Positions 1-10,395 are shown, counted from the stretch's first letter. The stretch is DNA of 64,000 bases from Nitrosopumilus sp. (GCA_965214775.1 OZ243974.1:864001-928000), one strand, 5' to 3'. Notes: generated by a model from the letters alone, not told the origin. A program made the numbers and translations.

Positions 1-344
1 TTGTTGCAGTTCTTTGGTGACTCGTTTCTGCTGTACCAGATGTAATGACATCTATTACATTCATGTCGCCAGTAATCACCATCTGCCTTCATGCTCATAC
101 CAACCAATAATTCTGTGATTATATAATCATTTACTACATATAGGCAAAAAGTATAGTATATATGTAGGAAATGACTATATGATGATATGAATCAAGGGGA
201 ATTGAGAGTGATGATGAAAAAACAAGGGCCGGTCGCTATACTATCGACTGACCGTTACGGAATGATGAGATATCAAGCCGTGACATCTGAGCCCTCATCT
301 TCTGATTCTTATTACTCTATTTTAGTTTTTGAGGCGCGTCACGC

Positions 345-1487
345 ATGAATCAAAGAGAGTTGAGGCAAACAAATCGCAGAAAGGCCTGATCAGATTACAA
401 GAATTGACGGTTTACATTATGCAGTAAAATCACAAAGCAGAGACAAACTACATGATGTCATTTCCACCGAGTCCTGCTGGAGCTGCTCCTGTGAGGATCA
501 CCAGTTTAGAAGGGTATCCTGCAAGCACATCCATGCAGTCGAAATCTCACTGCACATCAGAGGCGAGGTGGAAAGAAAAACCATCATCAATGAAGTCAGT
601 ACAAATCACTGCCGCTCTTGTGATTCGGAGAATATCGTAAAGTGTGGCATAAGACACAACAAAAACCACGACATCCAGACGTACAAGTGTAATGACTGCA
701 AGAAGAGGTTCTCCGTCAACCTGGGCTTTGAGAGGATGCACGCATCGCCGCAGGTCATAACATCTGCCATGCAGCTGTACTTTACCGGAGAATTGCTCAG
801 AGACGTGAAAAAGTTCCTGAAACTTCAAGGCATCAACATGAGCCATGTATCAGTATACAACTGGATCAAGAAATACACGAAACTCATGGATGACTATCTG
901 ACTATGATAACCCCGCAGGTCGGTGAGAAATGGCACGCCGATGAAGTCTGGCTGAAGGTGAGCGGCGACAGAAAGTATCTCTTTGCCATGATGGACAGTG
1001 AAACGCGGTTCTGGATTGCCCAGGAGGTGGCCGATTCCAAGTTCAAGCACGATGCCCGGAGCCTGCTGAAAATTGGAAAGGATGTGGCCAAAAAGACACC
1101 GGCCGTATTTGTCACAGACGGTCTGCCCTCGTATCATGATGCCTTCAAGAAGGAGTTCTGGACACAAAAGAAGCCGAGAACCAGGCACGTCAAGGAGGTT
1201 CACATCAGGAACCAGGTTGCCAACAACAACATCCAGGAGAGATTGAACGGGGAGTTCAGGGACAGGGAGAAGGTATTCAGGGGCCTGAAAAAGCCCGACT
1301 CTCCTGCCATTGCAGGAATCAAGCTGTACCACAACTACGTAAGACCCCACATGGGACTGGACGGGGACACTCCTGCCTCAAGGGCCGGGATTGAGATTCA
1401 AGGGGACAACAAATGGAAGACAATCATCCAGAACGCATCACTCGACGGTTAACACGGGGAATTATCACGCTATAAGTTAACAGAACC
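345..1487 (+). mobile_element. IS6-family (IS240-like DDE) transposase with N-terminal SWIM and Zn-ribbon; 5' frameshift
   Basis: ORF 568-1452 has WHADEVW, FVTDGL and NNNIQERLNG motifs plus a CxxC ribbon. The same frame extends upstream through WSCSCEDHQFRRVSCKHIHAV (SWIM), but the ATG at 345 is out of frame. Right end AACAGAACC at 1479-1487 is IS6-like; left end not found. Confidence 0.8.
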
Positions 1488-1530
1488 GATTCCAACAAAA
1501 TATAATTATGGGTAAGGCTTCGGTTTAGTC

Positions 1531-2607
1531 ATGAAGGCAGTAGTATATAACGAATATGCACCAGATGATGATTATGCCAAGATTCTCAAAGTCCAGGATA
1601 TAGATGAGCCAAAACCAAAGGCAGACGAGGTAATTTTTACCAACAAGGCATCTGCCCTAAATTATAATGACATTTGGGGAATGAGAGGGGTTCCCGTAGC
1701 AGTCCCCCTTCCACATGTCTCTGGTTCTGACGTGGCCGGGGATGTCATTGCCGTTGGCGAGGAGGTTAAAAATTTCAAGGTGGGTGACCGGGTTGTCTCC
1801 CACTCTAATCTGGCATGCAGAGTTTGCAAAGCATGCACGGACGGAAGAGAATTCGACTGTACCAGAAGACAGGTTTGGGGCTTCCAAACAGGACCGCTCT
1901 GGGGGGCATACTCTGAACAGATTCACTTGCCCGAAGTCAACGTTTCAAAAATTCCCGACAGTGTTTCATATCAGGATGCGGCGGCAGCCTCAATGACCCT
2001 TCTTACATCCTGGCACATGCTTGTTGGCAGGGCAAACATCACCCCGGGCCAGACAGTACTGGTCATGGGCGGCGGTTCTGGTGTCGGAAGTTTTGCAATT
2101 CAGATTGCCAAGCTTTATAGCTGCGACGTGATTGCAACTGCAAGTCCAGACAAATTAGAAAAGTGCCTGGAACTTGGTGCAGATCATGCAGTAGATCACA
2201 GAAAAGACGACTGGAGCAAGGAAGTATTTAAGATATCAAAAGAGATTGCAAAGACAAAAGGCGAGGCGCCTGGAATTGATATCGCATTTGATCACATTGG
2301 TCAAACCCACTTCAACAAGCAGCTTACATTGCTCAAATATGGCGCATCCCTGGTTTCATGTGGGGCAACAACGGGATATGACGCACAGATTGATCTCAGG
2401 CACATATTCTTCAAAGGAATCAACGTCCTAGGCTCAACACAGGGAACCAAGGCCGAATTGGATCAGGGCCTGTATTGGATGGGCCAAGGAAAGCTAAAAT
2501 CAATCGTCGACTCTGTTTATACGTTTGAGCAGGCAGCCGAGGCCCATACAAAAATGCTAAAGGGAAGCTTTTTTGGCAAAATCTTAATGAAGCCTGAAGG
2601 CGCCTAG
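1531..2607 (+). CDS. Zn-dependent medium-chain alcohol dehydrogenase/reductase
   Basis: Structural Zn motif CRVCKACTDGREFDC, GGGSGVG nucleotide-binding loop, C-terminal GKIL. Confidence 0.9.
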   Translation: MKAVVYNEYAPDDDYAKILKVQDIDEPKPKADEVIFTNKASALNYNDIWGMRGVPVAVPLPHVSGSDVAGDVIAVGEEVKNFKVGDRVVSHSNLACRVCKACTDGREFDCTRRQVWGFQTGPLWGAYSEQIHLPEVNVSKIPDSVSYQDAAAASMTLLTSWHMLVGRANITPGQTVLVMGGGSGVGSFAIQIAKLYSCDVIATASPDKLEKCLELGADHAVDHRKDDWSKEVFKISKEIAKTKGEAPGIDIAFDHIGQTHFNKQLTLLKYGASLVSCGATTGYDAQIDLRHIFFKGINVLGSTQGTKAELDQGLYWMGQGKLKSIVDSVYTFEQAAEAHTKMLKGSFFGKILMKPEGA

Positions 2608-2614
2608 TCGTTTA

Positions 2615-3481
2615 ATGGCCCAGCAGCTCTTCAGAAGCCTCATTTTCGTTCCCGGAAACAACCCAAGATTTCTTGAAAAGGCAAAGAGTCTCCAGGCAGA
2701 TATAGTATGCCTTGATTTGGAGGACTCTGTTCCAGACAATGAAAAAGCTGCTGCCAGAAGGCTGATCAGAGACGCACTAAAGGAAAGGGGATCGTTTGAG
2801 TCCTCAATATTTGTGAGAACAAACTCCCCGCTTTCGGGAAAAATTCCATCCGATTTGAAGGAGATTGTCCAGAAAGGAATTGACGGGATTGTAATTCCAA
2901 AGGTGAACGGCACAAACGAACTCGAAGAAATTGAAAAGATACTATCGCCTCTCGAAAAATCCAGAAAAATAAAACCGATTCAACTCATTCCCTCAATCGA
3001 ATCGGCCAAGGGAGTGGTCAACACATACAGCATTGCATCACACAGCAGACGGGTAAGCGCCGTGGTCTTTGGAGTGTTTGATCTCTTAAATGATATCGGT
3101 GTTGAGTACACCAAGAATTCCGAGGGAGAGAAACATTCCCGTTCAAAGATTCCGGTTGATGCTCGTGCTGCCGGAGTTGTAGCCATTGATGCGATATGGC
3201 AGGATCTTAAAGATACAAAGGGGTTTGAAAGAGATTGCAGGTTAGGAAAAAGTCTGGGATATGGCGGAAAAAGCATTATTCATCCAGACCAAATTCCCAT
3301 TGCACACAAGCTGTTCCATCCAAGTAAAAGTCAGATTTCTTGGGCCCAAAAGGTTTGCACAGAGTATGAAAAATCAGCCAAAAAAGGCAGGGGGGCTACA
3401 ACCGTTCACGGAAAGATGGTTGACGAGGTACACTACAAACAGGCCAAGGCACTCTTGAAATCAACTGGCCAACAAGGTTGA
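2615..3481 (+). CDS. CitE/malyl-CoA lyase-like (HpcH/HpaI) CoA-ester lyase
   Basis: RSLIFVPGN, LDLEDSV, IPKV, GKSIIHPDQI and GKMVDE motifs. Confidence 0.9.
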   Translation: MAQQLFRSLIFVPGNNPRFLEKAKSLQADIVCLDLEDSVPDNEKAAARRLIRDALKERGSFESSIFVRTNSPLSGKIPSDLKEIVQKGIDGIVIPKVNGTNELEEIEKILSPLEKSRKIKPIQLIPSIESAKGVVNTYSIASHSRRVSAVVFGVFDLLNDIGVEYTKNSEGEKHSRSKIPVDARAAGVVAIDAIWQDLKDTKGFERDCRLGKSLGYGGKSIIHPDQIPIAHKLFHPSKSQISWAQKVCTEYEKSAKKGRGATTVHGKMVDEVHYKQAKALLKSTGQQG

Positions 3482-3562
3482 TTCAGCAAGACACTTTACG
3501 TCAGGGCAGAGTGCGCGTTCTTATCTTGGAATCAACTGGCCAACAAGGTTGATTCAGCAAGA
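3453..3562. repeat. 39-bp palindromic direct repeat x2 with 32-bp unique insert
   Basis: TCTTG(A/G)AATCAACTGGCCAACAAGGTTGATTCAGCAAGA at 3453-3491 and 3524-3562. Confidence 0.9.
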
Positions 3563-3672
3563 GCGCTCATCGTATGGCTGCCCTAGAGTTTTGAATGAGG
3601 CTTTAAGGAGTCCTCACAATATGCCATCATTTTTCCGTATTTCAGAACGTGCCAAAGCCTGAAATATTCTAG

Positions 3673-4392
3673 ATGGCAATAATGATCATGGTAAATCTTC
3701 TGGATCCGGCCAACGTCATTACCAGGATGTTTAATGCGGGAAAATATCAGGACATGTATGAATATTGCAAGGGACTGCTTGAAAAGATTCCCAATGACAT
3801 GGTGGCCCTGCAAAACATCTCGCTGTCATTGATATATCTGAAAAGGTATGAGGAGGCAGTAAAGTATTGCGACAGGGTCTTGGAAATCAAAAACGCCGAC
3901 ACGTATGCCCTCAAAAACAAGATCTACGCACTGGAGAATCTAAAAAAATATGGCGACGTCATCGAACTGTGTCAGGAAATTCTTTTGACAGACTCCAGGG
4001 ATGTTTGGGCACTAAACAGCATGGGTCTGTCACTAAACGAGCTGGATCGGCACTCCGAGGCAATTGACTTTTACGAAAAATCACTAGGAATCAAGCCTGA
4101 TGATCCTACTGCACTGATGAACAAGGCCATTTCTTTGACCCATCTTAAAAAATTTGAGCAGGCCATCGAATATTATGACAAAACCCAGGCAGCTGATTCA
4201 ACAATAAAGGAGGCTGCCGTTGCAAAATCAAGACTGTTTGAAAAGTTGGGCATGGAAGACGAGGCGTTTCTTGCAGCCCAGGGAGTGCTGAATAAAAACA
4301 TGCAAAAAATCAAGGACGATGCAAAAGAAAACAAATGCTCGGTTTTCCACCAGTTTTGTGATGATGAATTTGCACAATATGATTCTAAATAA
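3673..4392 (+). CDS. Tetratricopeptide repeat protein
   Basis: Repeated 34-aa helical units (YEEAVKYCDRVLEI, HSEAIDFYEKSLGI, FEQAIEYYDK). Confidence 0.9.
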   Translation: MAIMIMVNLLDPANVITRMFNAGKYQDMYEYCKGLLEKIPNDMVALQNISLSLIYLKRYEEAVKYCDRVLEIKNADTYALKNKIYALENLKKYGDVIELCQEILLTDSRDVWALNSMGLSLNELDRHSEAIDFYEKSLGIKPDDPTALMNKAISLTHLKKFEQAIEYYDKTQAADSTIKEAAVAKSRLFEKLGMEDEAFLAAQGVLNKNMQKIKDDAKENKCSVFHQFCDDEFAQYDSK

Positions 4393-4409
4393 TTTTATAC
4401 GAGATTGCA

Positions 4410-5012
4410 ATGAATTCTCCAATGTTTACTGGAATTGTCCAGGGCATCGGGAAAATAGAAAAAGTCTCTGAAAAGACCGGCAGCCGTAGTGCGATTCAAA
4501 TGACAGTCAATCTTGGCAGGAACTCCAAGGGACTGAAGGCCGGCCAGAGTGTTGCATTAAACGGAGTGTGTCTTACTGCAACAAAACTATCAGGATCCAG
4601 CTGTGTTTTTGAAATGATTGAGGAAACCGCAAAAAAAACCGATTTGGGGAACCTCAGGGCAGGAGGCACGGTAAACATTGAAAGAAGCCTAAAGGCCGGC
4701 GACAGGCTGGAAGGCCATTTTGTTTTGGGTCACGTGGACGGAGTAGGCACAATCAAAAGAATCCTCAAAAAACCCAGAGAGGTCCGGGTTTGGTTTGAAG
4801 TTCCCAAAAATTTGTCAAAATACATAGTCAAGAAAGGCTCAATTGCCGTAGATGGAATCAGTCTGACTGTAGTCGATCTCAAAAAAACGCTTGTCTCCGT
4901 GTCATTAATCCCGCACACAGTCAAAGTGACAAATTTTCACACAAAAAAGGCAGGCGACAAGGTTAATATTGAAACTGACATTCTTGGAAAATACATTTTA
5001 AAACGGGATTGA
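4410..5012 (+). CDS. ribE: Riboflavin synthase (alpha-chain type)
   Basis: MFTGIVQG start motif, GHFVLGHVDG, KGSIAVDGISLTV, VNIETD. Confidence 0.95.
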   Translation: MNSPMFTGIVQGIGKIEKVSEKTGSRSAIQMTVNLGRNSKGLKAGQSVALNGVCLTATKLSGSSCVFEMIEETAKKTDLGNLRAGGTVNIERSLKAGDRLEGHFVLGHVDGVGTIKRILKKPREVRVWFEVPKNLSKYIVKKGSIAVDGISLTVVDLKKTLVSVSLIPHTVKVTNFHTKKAGDKVNIETDILGKYILKRD

Positions 5013-5084
5013 TTTTTTACCACTTTATTGGTAATTACCACTTTTTGAGTAAGCTTTATAATTAGAAGTTGTAGCCTTTTCTTT

Positions 5085-5750
5085 GTGTCTCTCGAGTCTG
5101 CTTTAGAATCCCTCAGGCGCGGCGAATTTGTGTTGCTGTTTGATTCTGCAGGACGTGAAAACGAGGTTGACATGGCAGTTGCAGCAGAATTTGTCACTCC
5201 TGAGCACGTTGCTAGAATGAGGCGGCATGCCGGCGGACTGCTTTGTATGGCAATAGATCATAACCTTGCTTCTTCCCTAGAGCTGAAATACATGCACGAG
5301 ATTTTGTCCGAGTCATCAATCTCAAACAAGGAGATGATTGCGGGTTTGGCCCCATATGGGGATCATCCGACATTTTCCTTATCCATAAATCATTATCAGA
5401 CGTATACTGGCATTACAGACAGGGACAGGGCCCTTACAATAAAGGAAATGGCAAACATCTACAGTCTTGAAACCAGGCAAAAGAAATTTGCCTCATCCTT
5501 TAAAACCCCAGGCCACGTACCGCTGTTAATCGCCTCAAAAGGATTGCTGGCTGCACGCCAAGGACATACAGAAATGTCTGTCTATCTTGCCCAGATTGCA
5601 GGACTGACTCCCATTACTGCAATATGTGAAATGATGGATGCAGAGACATATGCTGCATTGTCAGTCGACAAGGCACAAAAGTATGCAAAGGAAAACGGCA
5701 TTCCGTTAATTGACGGAAAAGAACTCTTGGAATACGCCAGGGTGCACTAG
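5085..5750 (+). CDS. ribB: 3,4-dihydroxy-2-butanone 4-phosphate synthase
   Basis: GRENEVD, TGITDRDRALT, PGHVPLL, RQGHTE and ICEMM motifs. Confidence 0.95.
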   Translation: MSLESALESLRRGEFVLLFDSAGRENEVDMAVAAEFVTPEHVARMRRHAGGLLCMAIDHNLASSLELKYMHEILSESSISNKEMIAGLAPYGDHPTFSLSINHYQTYTGITDRDRALTIKEMANIYSLETRQKKFASSFKTPGHVPLLIASKGLLAARQGHTEMSVYLAQIAGLTPITAICEMMDAETYAALSVDKAQKYAKENGIPLIDGKELLEYARVH

Positions 5751-5752
5751 TC

Positions 5753-6169
5753 TTGAATATAGCTGTAGTGGTTTCGGAATTCAATGAAGAAGTGACGTCC
5801 AGGATGCTGTCCGTAGCTAGGGAAAAAGCCGAAGAGCTGAAACTCAAAATCACACATGTCTCCCATGTGCCTGGCGCCTATGACATGCCTATAATTGTGG
5901 ACTCTTTGCTGCAAAAAGAGTCCGTGCACGGCGTAGTTACGCTAGGTGCCATAATCAAAGGCCAGACAAAGCATGACGAAGTGATTTCCCACGCAGCTGC
6001 AAGATCGCTGACTGATTTGTCACTAAAGTACCAAAAGCCCGTCTCCCTGGGCATCTCAGGGCCCGGAATGCAAGAAAGGCATGCCTTTGCAAGAATCAGG
6101 CCCGTTGCAGAAAGAGCCGTTGAAGCAGTCCTAAAAATCTCCGACGAACTAAAGAGGATTGACAAATGA
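5753..6169 (+). CDS. ribH: 6,7-dimethyl-8-ribityllumazine synthase
   Basis: VVSEFN, VPGAYDMP, LGAIIKGQTKHD, KPVSLGI. Confidence 0.95.
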   Translation: MNIAVVVSEFNEEVTSRMLSVAREKAEELKLKITHVSHVPGAYDMPIIVDSLLQKESVHGVVTLGAIIKGQTKHDEVISHAAARSLTDLSLKYQKPVSLGISGPGMQERHAFARIRPVAERAVEAVLKISDELKRIDK

Positions 6170-6915
6170 TTCAGCTAAGCATTCTCAAGATTGCCGGATA
6201 CGGTCCTTGGACGCTCACTCTTGGCAGCAACAGGGAGCACGAATTACAGATGCTTCAGGCATCCTTGTACAAGGAACTTCAAAGGCTGTTTTCTGAAAAA
6301 AACTGCCTCGTATTTCCCAACAGGGCAGACGAATTTTTTGTGGTGTCAAACGGTCTCTCTTTGGATGATCATATCAACGTTCAAAAAACTCTTGAAAGCT
6401 TGTTTGATGTGGGCCTGACCATTTCAATCGGATACGGAGAATCCCCCTTTGAGGCCAACCTAAAAGCGCATGATGGAAAAAAGAACAATGTCATTCTGAA
6501 TCAGGAACACAATATTTTCGGGTTCATGCCAGACGAAACCTCGTTTGACGTGTCAATAATGCATTTGGACGTTGATGATCTTGCATCGCAGCGAGACACC
6601 AGTTCGCCTTATGAGATATCATCGCTGATCTTTGAACTGTACTCTAAAATGTCAAAATATTTTCTTCAAAAAGATTCCCTGACGTTCTTTATGGGAGGAG
6701 ACAACTTTATGGTCGTTGCCAGCAAGGAAGCCAAAAAGTCTGTCCGGCAGTTCATTGATCAGACCAGGGAGGACAGAATTTCCCTTAACTGCGGAATAGG
6801 AAACGCCCCAAATGCACGCCAGGCGGCAAGCTTGGCCACAAAATCCCTGGACACAATCAGGCAAATCAGGGACTCGGGGAAAAAAAAGCCCGAGGTGTAT
6901 GAATTGTCATGCTAA
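6166..6915 (+). CDS. gch3: GTP cyclohydrolase III (archaeal)
   Basis: GYGPWTLTLGSNREHELQMLQA and FMGGDNF motifs; lies in the riboflavin cluster. Confidence 0.92.
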   Translation: MIQLSILKIAGYGPWTLTLGSNREHELQMLQASLYKELQRLFSEKNCLVFPNRADEFFVVSNGLSLDDHINVQKTLESLFDVGLTISIGYGESPFEANLKAHDGKKNNVILNQEHNIFGFMPDETSFDVSIMHLDVDDLASQRDTSSPYEISSLIFELYSKMSKYFLQKDSLTFFMGGDNFMVVASKEAKKSVRQFIDQTREDRISLNCGIGNAPNARQAASLATKSLDTIRQIRDSGKKKPEVYELSC

Positions 6916-8099
6916 TCAAAAATGTCAGTGCACTGCTAGGCCAGGAACTGGATTTTACTCAAAAAACCAGTCTGCAAATTCAAAACGGCTCTTTCAAAAG
7001 AATTCAGGCCGACATTGATCCCGATTCAAAGGAAGACGTTGTTGACGGTCAGGGCTTGCTGGCCATTCCGGGATTCATCAATGCCCACACGCATATCGGA
7101 GATTCCATTGGAAAGGATGTCACGCTGGATTCATCAGCAGATAAAAAAATTCATCCGGTTTTTGGGGCAAAATCAAAAATTCTCAAACATACCAGCGATG
7201 AAACCCTGGAAAATTTCATGAAAAACTCCTGCCATTCGATGATTCGGAAAGGAATTACCACGTTTGTTGATTTCAGAGAGGGCGGGCTGAACGGAGTCAT
7301 GATGTTAAAAAATGCGTTAAAAGACGTGCCAATCCGCTTTGTGATTCTGGGAAGGGTGGAAAATTACAGCTCGGTTTCAGAAATCAAGGGCAATGTCCCC
7401 TTTCCAGAAGAAAAAAATGGCGAGCTGCTTTCCATAATTGAGGGATGTGACGGGCTTGGGATTAGCGGGGCCAATGAGAATAGCGATTCGGTTCTAGGCC
7501 GCTATTCAGGAACTGCCAAAATCAGAGCGATTCATTGTGCAGAGACAGAGCAAAGCACCGCCAAATCCGAAGAAATTACAGGAAGGTCAGAGACTGCCAG
7601 AGCCCTGTCGATGAGGCCCCACTTTTTGGTCCATATGACACATGCCTCAAAAAGCGATCTGCGCCAGGCCGCCCAGGAAACCCGAGGAATTGTTGTCTGC
7701 CCCAGGGCCAACTCCTCACTGGCCGAGGGCATTCCGGATGTCGAGTTGATGAAAAAGGCGGGCTGTACCCTGGGATTGGGAACAGATAACGTGATGGTAA
7801 ATTCCCCTGACATGTTCAGGGAGATGGATTTTCTTTGGAAGGTGACGATGGGAATTCACAGGAAAAGGATCAGTCCAAAAGAAATTCTAAAGATGGCAAC
7901 GGCCAATGGCGGAAGGATTTTGGAAAAGAACATCGGCGTTATCGGTGCACGAAGACTTGCCGATTGCGTCTTTATCGACAAGCACTCGCTGGACTTGGAA
8001 CCGATGCACAATCCACACGCATCCATCGTTCACCGTGCATCCGAATCTGCAATCAAGGCCGTAATGATCGGAGGAAGGTTCGTACATGGCAGCATCTAA
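6909..8099 (+). CDS. Metal-dependent amidohydrolase (cytosine/guanine deaminase-like)
   Basis: PGFINAHTH, IHCAET, HMTH and LGTDN motifs. Confidence 0.88.
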   Translation: MLIKNVSALLGQELDFTQKTSLQIQNGSFKRIQADIDPDSKEDVVDGQGLLAIPGFINAHTHIGDSIGKDVTLDSSADKKIHPVFGAKSKILKHTSDETLENFMKNSCHSMIRKGITTFVDFREGGLNGVMMLKNALKDVPIRFVILGRVENYSSVSEIKGNVPFPEEKNGELLSIIEGCDGLGISGANENSDSVLGRYSGTAKIRAIHCAETEQSTAKSEEITGRSETARALSMRPHFLVHMTHASKSDLRQAAQETRGIVVCPRANSSLAEGIPDVELMKKAGCTLGLGTDNVMVNSPDMFREMDFLWKVTMGIHRKRISPKEILKMATANGGRILEKNIGVIGARRLADCVFIDKHSLDLEPMHNPHASIVHRASESAIKAVMIGGRFVHGSI

Positions 8100-8742
8100 G
8101 CCGTTTGTAATCTTAAATGCGGCAACGTCAATTGATGGAAAAATCGCAACAAGACACGGTGATTCGAAGCTGTCATCTGCCGAGGATCTGAAACGTGTTC
8201 ACAGACTGAGATCACGGGTTGACGCAGTTCTAGTCGGAAAAAATACCGTTTTGGAGGACAATCCGATGCTGACAGTCAGGGCCGTAAAGGGAAAAAACCC
8301 GATTCGAGTAATCATAGATTCAAAGGGATCAATTCCATCCAGATCCAAGATTCTGCAAACCAGTAAGACCATTCCGACAATTGTTGCAGTTTCAAAATCC
8401 ATTTCCAAGCCAAGTCTGGAAAGGCTAAGAAGGTTTCCAGTCGACATAGTCATTTCAGGAGCGTCAAATGTGAATTTGAAGTCCCTGCTGGAAATTCTCT
8501 GCAAGAAAAAGATTTCAAAAATTCTTGTCGAGGGTGGAGGTACTACAAACTGGGAATTTGTCAAGAGCGGTCTGGTTGACGAGCTCTTCGTTACGGTTTG
8601 CCCGTACATTATCGGGGGTTCTGAGTCAGTCTCGTTGGTGGAGGGAAGGGGCTTTTCCAAGGTTTTGGATTCCCCGAAATTATCCCTAAAATCCATGCGG
8701 AGGCTCAAAAATCACCTTGTGTTGCATTATGTCAAGCTCTAA
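8086..8742 (+). CDS. arfC: 2,5-diamino-6-ribosylamino-4(3H)-pyrimidinone 5'-phosphate reductase (RibD C-terminal/ArfC type)
   Basis: SIDGKIA, DAVLVGKNT, DNPMLTVR and VEGGG motifs. Confidence 0.9.
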   Translation: MAASKPFVILNAATSIDGKIATRHGDSKLSSAEDLKRVHRLRSRVDAVLVGKNTVLEDNPMLTVRAVKGKNPIRVIIDSKGSIPSRSKILQTSKTIPTIVAVSKSISKPSLERLRRFPVDIVISGASNVNLKSLLEILCKKKISKILVEGGGTTNWEFVKSGLVDELFVTVCPYIIGGSESVSLVEGRGFSKVLDSPKLSLKSMRRLKNHLVLHYVKL

Positions 8743-8778
8743 GTTCTTATACTTATTTTGGAATAAAGCTACAAGAGA

Positions 8779-9015
8779 TTGGCAGCAAAAAATCAAGATA
8801 CAAAAAGAAAGGTTGCACCAAAAAAGAAAACCGCAACCCAAAAGAAGGCTACTAAATCAAAAACAAAGAAACCGGCATTTGGAGGATATTCAATAAGTTT
8901 TGCAGGGCGTAAAGAAACCGCCGAACAAATCTTTGGTAAAAAACCAATTGCACCAAATGAGATGACCAAAAAAATATGGGCATTTGTTAAAGAAAAGGAC
9001 CTTTCAAACCGTTAA
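8779..9015 (+). CDS. Small Lys-rich protein with partial SWIB/MDM2-like domain
   Basis: Basic KKKTATQKK N-terminus; IFGKKPIAPNEMTKKIWAFVKEKDL resembles the SWIB consensus. Confidence 0.65.
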   Translation: MAAKNQDTKRKVAPKKKTATQKKATKSKTKKPAFGGYSISFAGRKETAEQIFGKKPIAPNEMTKKIWAFVKEKDLSNR

Positions 9016-9250
9016 TCAAACCGTTAATCAAACCGTTTAATGATCACTGGTTAACTAATTTCTATATTTTAGTTCTGATAGCAGCAGCCAGGCCGGATGT
9101 GAGAGGAATCGTTGCTGCCGTTTGGCGTTTTCAAGGCGTGCCTCTCGGATTGGTTTTTTCCGTCTTTGCCAGATTTTTCAACGCATTTAGATCAAGCTGG
9201 ACAATGAACAAGATATAGATAGATATTGGAGTTGATTTGGAGTTGTTGTT

Positions 9251-9805
9251 ATGTCAACTGCGTCTTTAAGAAGAGATCATGATTTAATTGAAAAAGTAAC
9301 AAGAGCCATGGAATCTACAATTCAGTTACTGTCCCAGGGAAAGCAGATTCCGGAATCAATCCTGCTTCCCGTAATTGATTTTACAAAAAACTTTACTGAT
9401 GCATGCCATCACAGCAAAGAGGAAGACTCTCTTTTCCCAGCATTAGAACAAGCCGGGATGCCCAAAGACATGGGGCCTATTGCAATGATGTTGATGGATC
9501 ATGAGCGCTCTCGTCAAATAGGACACAGCATGGAGGAGTCAGCCAAGGAATATCTTTCATCAGGGGACCCTGCGAATCTCATCAGCCACATGAGGCAATA
9601 TGTGGAACACATCACAGAACACTTGTGGAAAGAAAACAATCGGCTGTTCATGATGGCAGAGGCCCGACTGCAACATGTCTCTGAAAAAGTGGACAAGGAA
9701 CTCAATGAAATCGAGGATTCGCGGCTGGATGGCCTGGGAAGATCCAGGGAACATTACGAGCAGCTGGCTGAAAACCTTGCAAGGGATGTAGCAGGCCAGG
9801 ACTGA
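9251..9805 (+). CDS. Hemerythrin HHE cation-binding domain protein
   Basis: DH, HHSKEEDSLFP, DHE and HLWKENNRLF metal-ligand pattern. Confidence 0.9.
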   Translation: MSTASLRRDHDLIEKVTRAMESTIQLLSQGKQIPESILLPVIDFTKNFTDACHHSKEEDSLFPALEQAGMPKDMGPIAMMLMDHERSRQIGHSMEESAKEYLSSGDPANLISHMRQYVEHITEHLWKENNRLFMMAEARLQHVSEKVDKELNEIEDSRLDGLGRSREHYEQLAENLARDVAGQD

Positions 9806-9847
9806 ACCCTTTGACAAATAGCGTATTTGGCAAGCAGGTGGTATAGG

Positions 9848-9975
9848 GGGGTTGTTTCATAATTTGCCGGAATTCCTGAAAACCGCTGGGATGCCACATG
9901 GAATGCGTGCAAAAGGGCGAAAATTCAGAAAAACGTGCAGGTTGAATCAGGCAGGTGGAATTAGGAAACAGCCCC
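9848..9975. mobile_element. MITE family D (GGGGTTGT termini), diverged copy
   Basis: Reverse-orientation homolog of 33399-33528 and 45805-45934. Confidence 0.75.
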
Positions 9976-10395
9976 GGTAGCAGGAGTAGGGAGGTTTTCC
10001 AACAATGACGTTAAGGTTGACTTTTGCCACGAGGATGGGATTTTGGCCTGTCGACACTTCTCCGCCTCTGCCTCCTACCCAGACCCCGGCAGGTCAGGAA
10101 GTTTCCCAAATAGCCTGATCGAGCCGCTGTGTTTGACATTGGCCACAGGCATTTGTGTTGAGATATTCTTTGATGGCTCGGGAAATCCATCACACGTTGA
10201 AATGGAAGAATGCTATGAGGATGAGTTTGACGAGGACTCTGTTTTGGAGGAATCATGAACTCCAAATGTATCTTGGAGATCAAGGCGTTCCAAAGATCTC
10301 ACTGATCTTCACTCAACAACGATGTCATCATCAAGTGTCCTCGTCTATTCATAATACGTCAGAATCATACTTAAGGGATGCGCCAATTTTCACGA

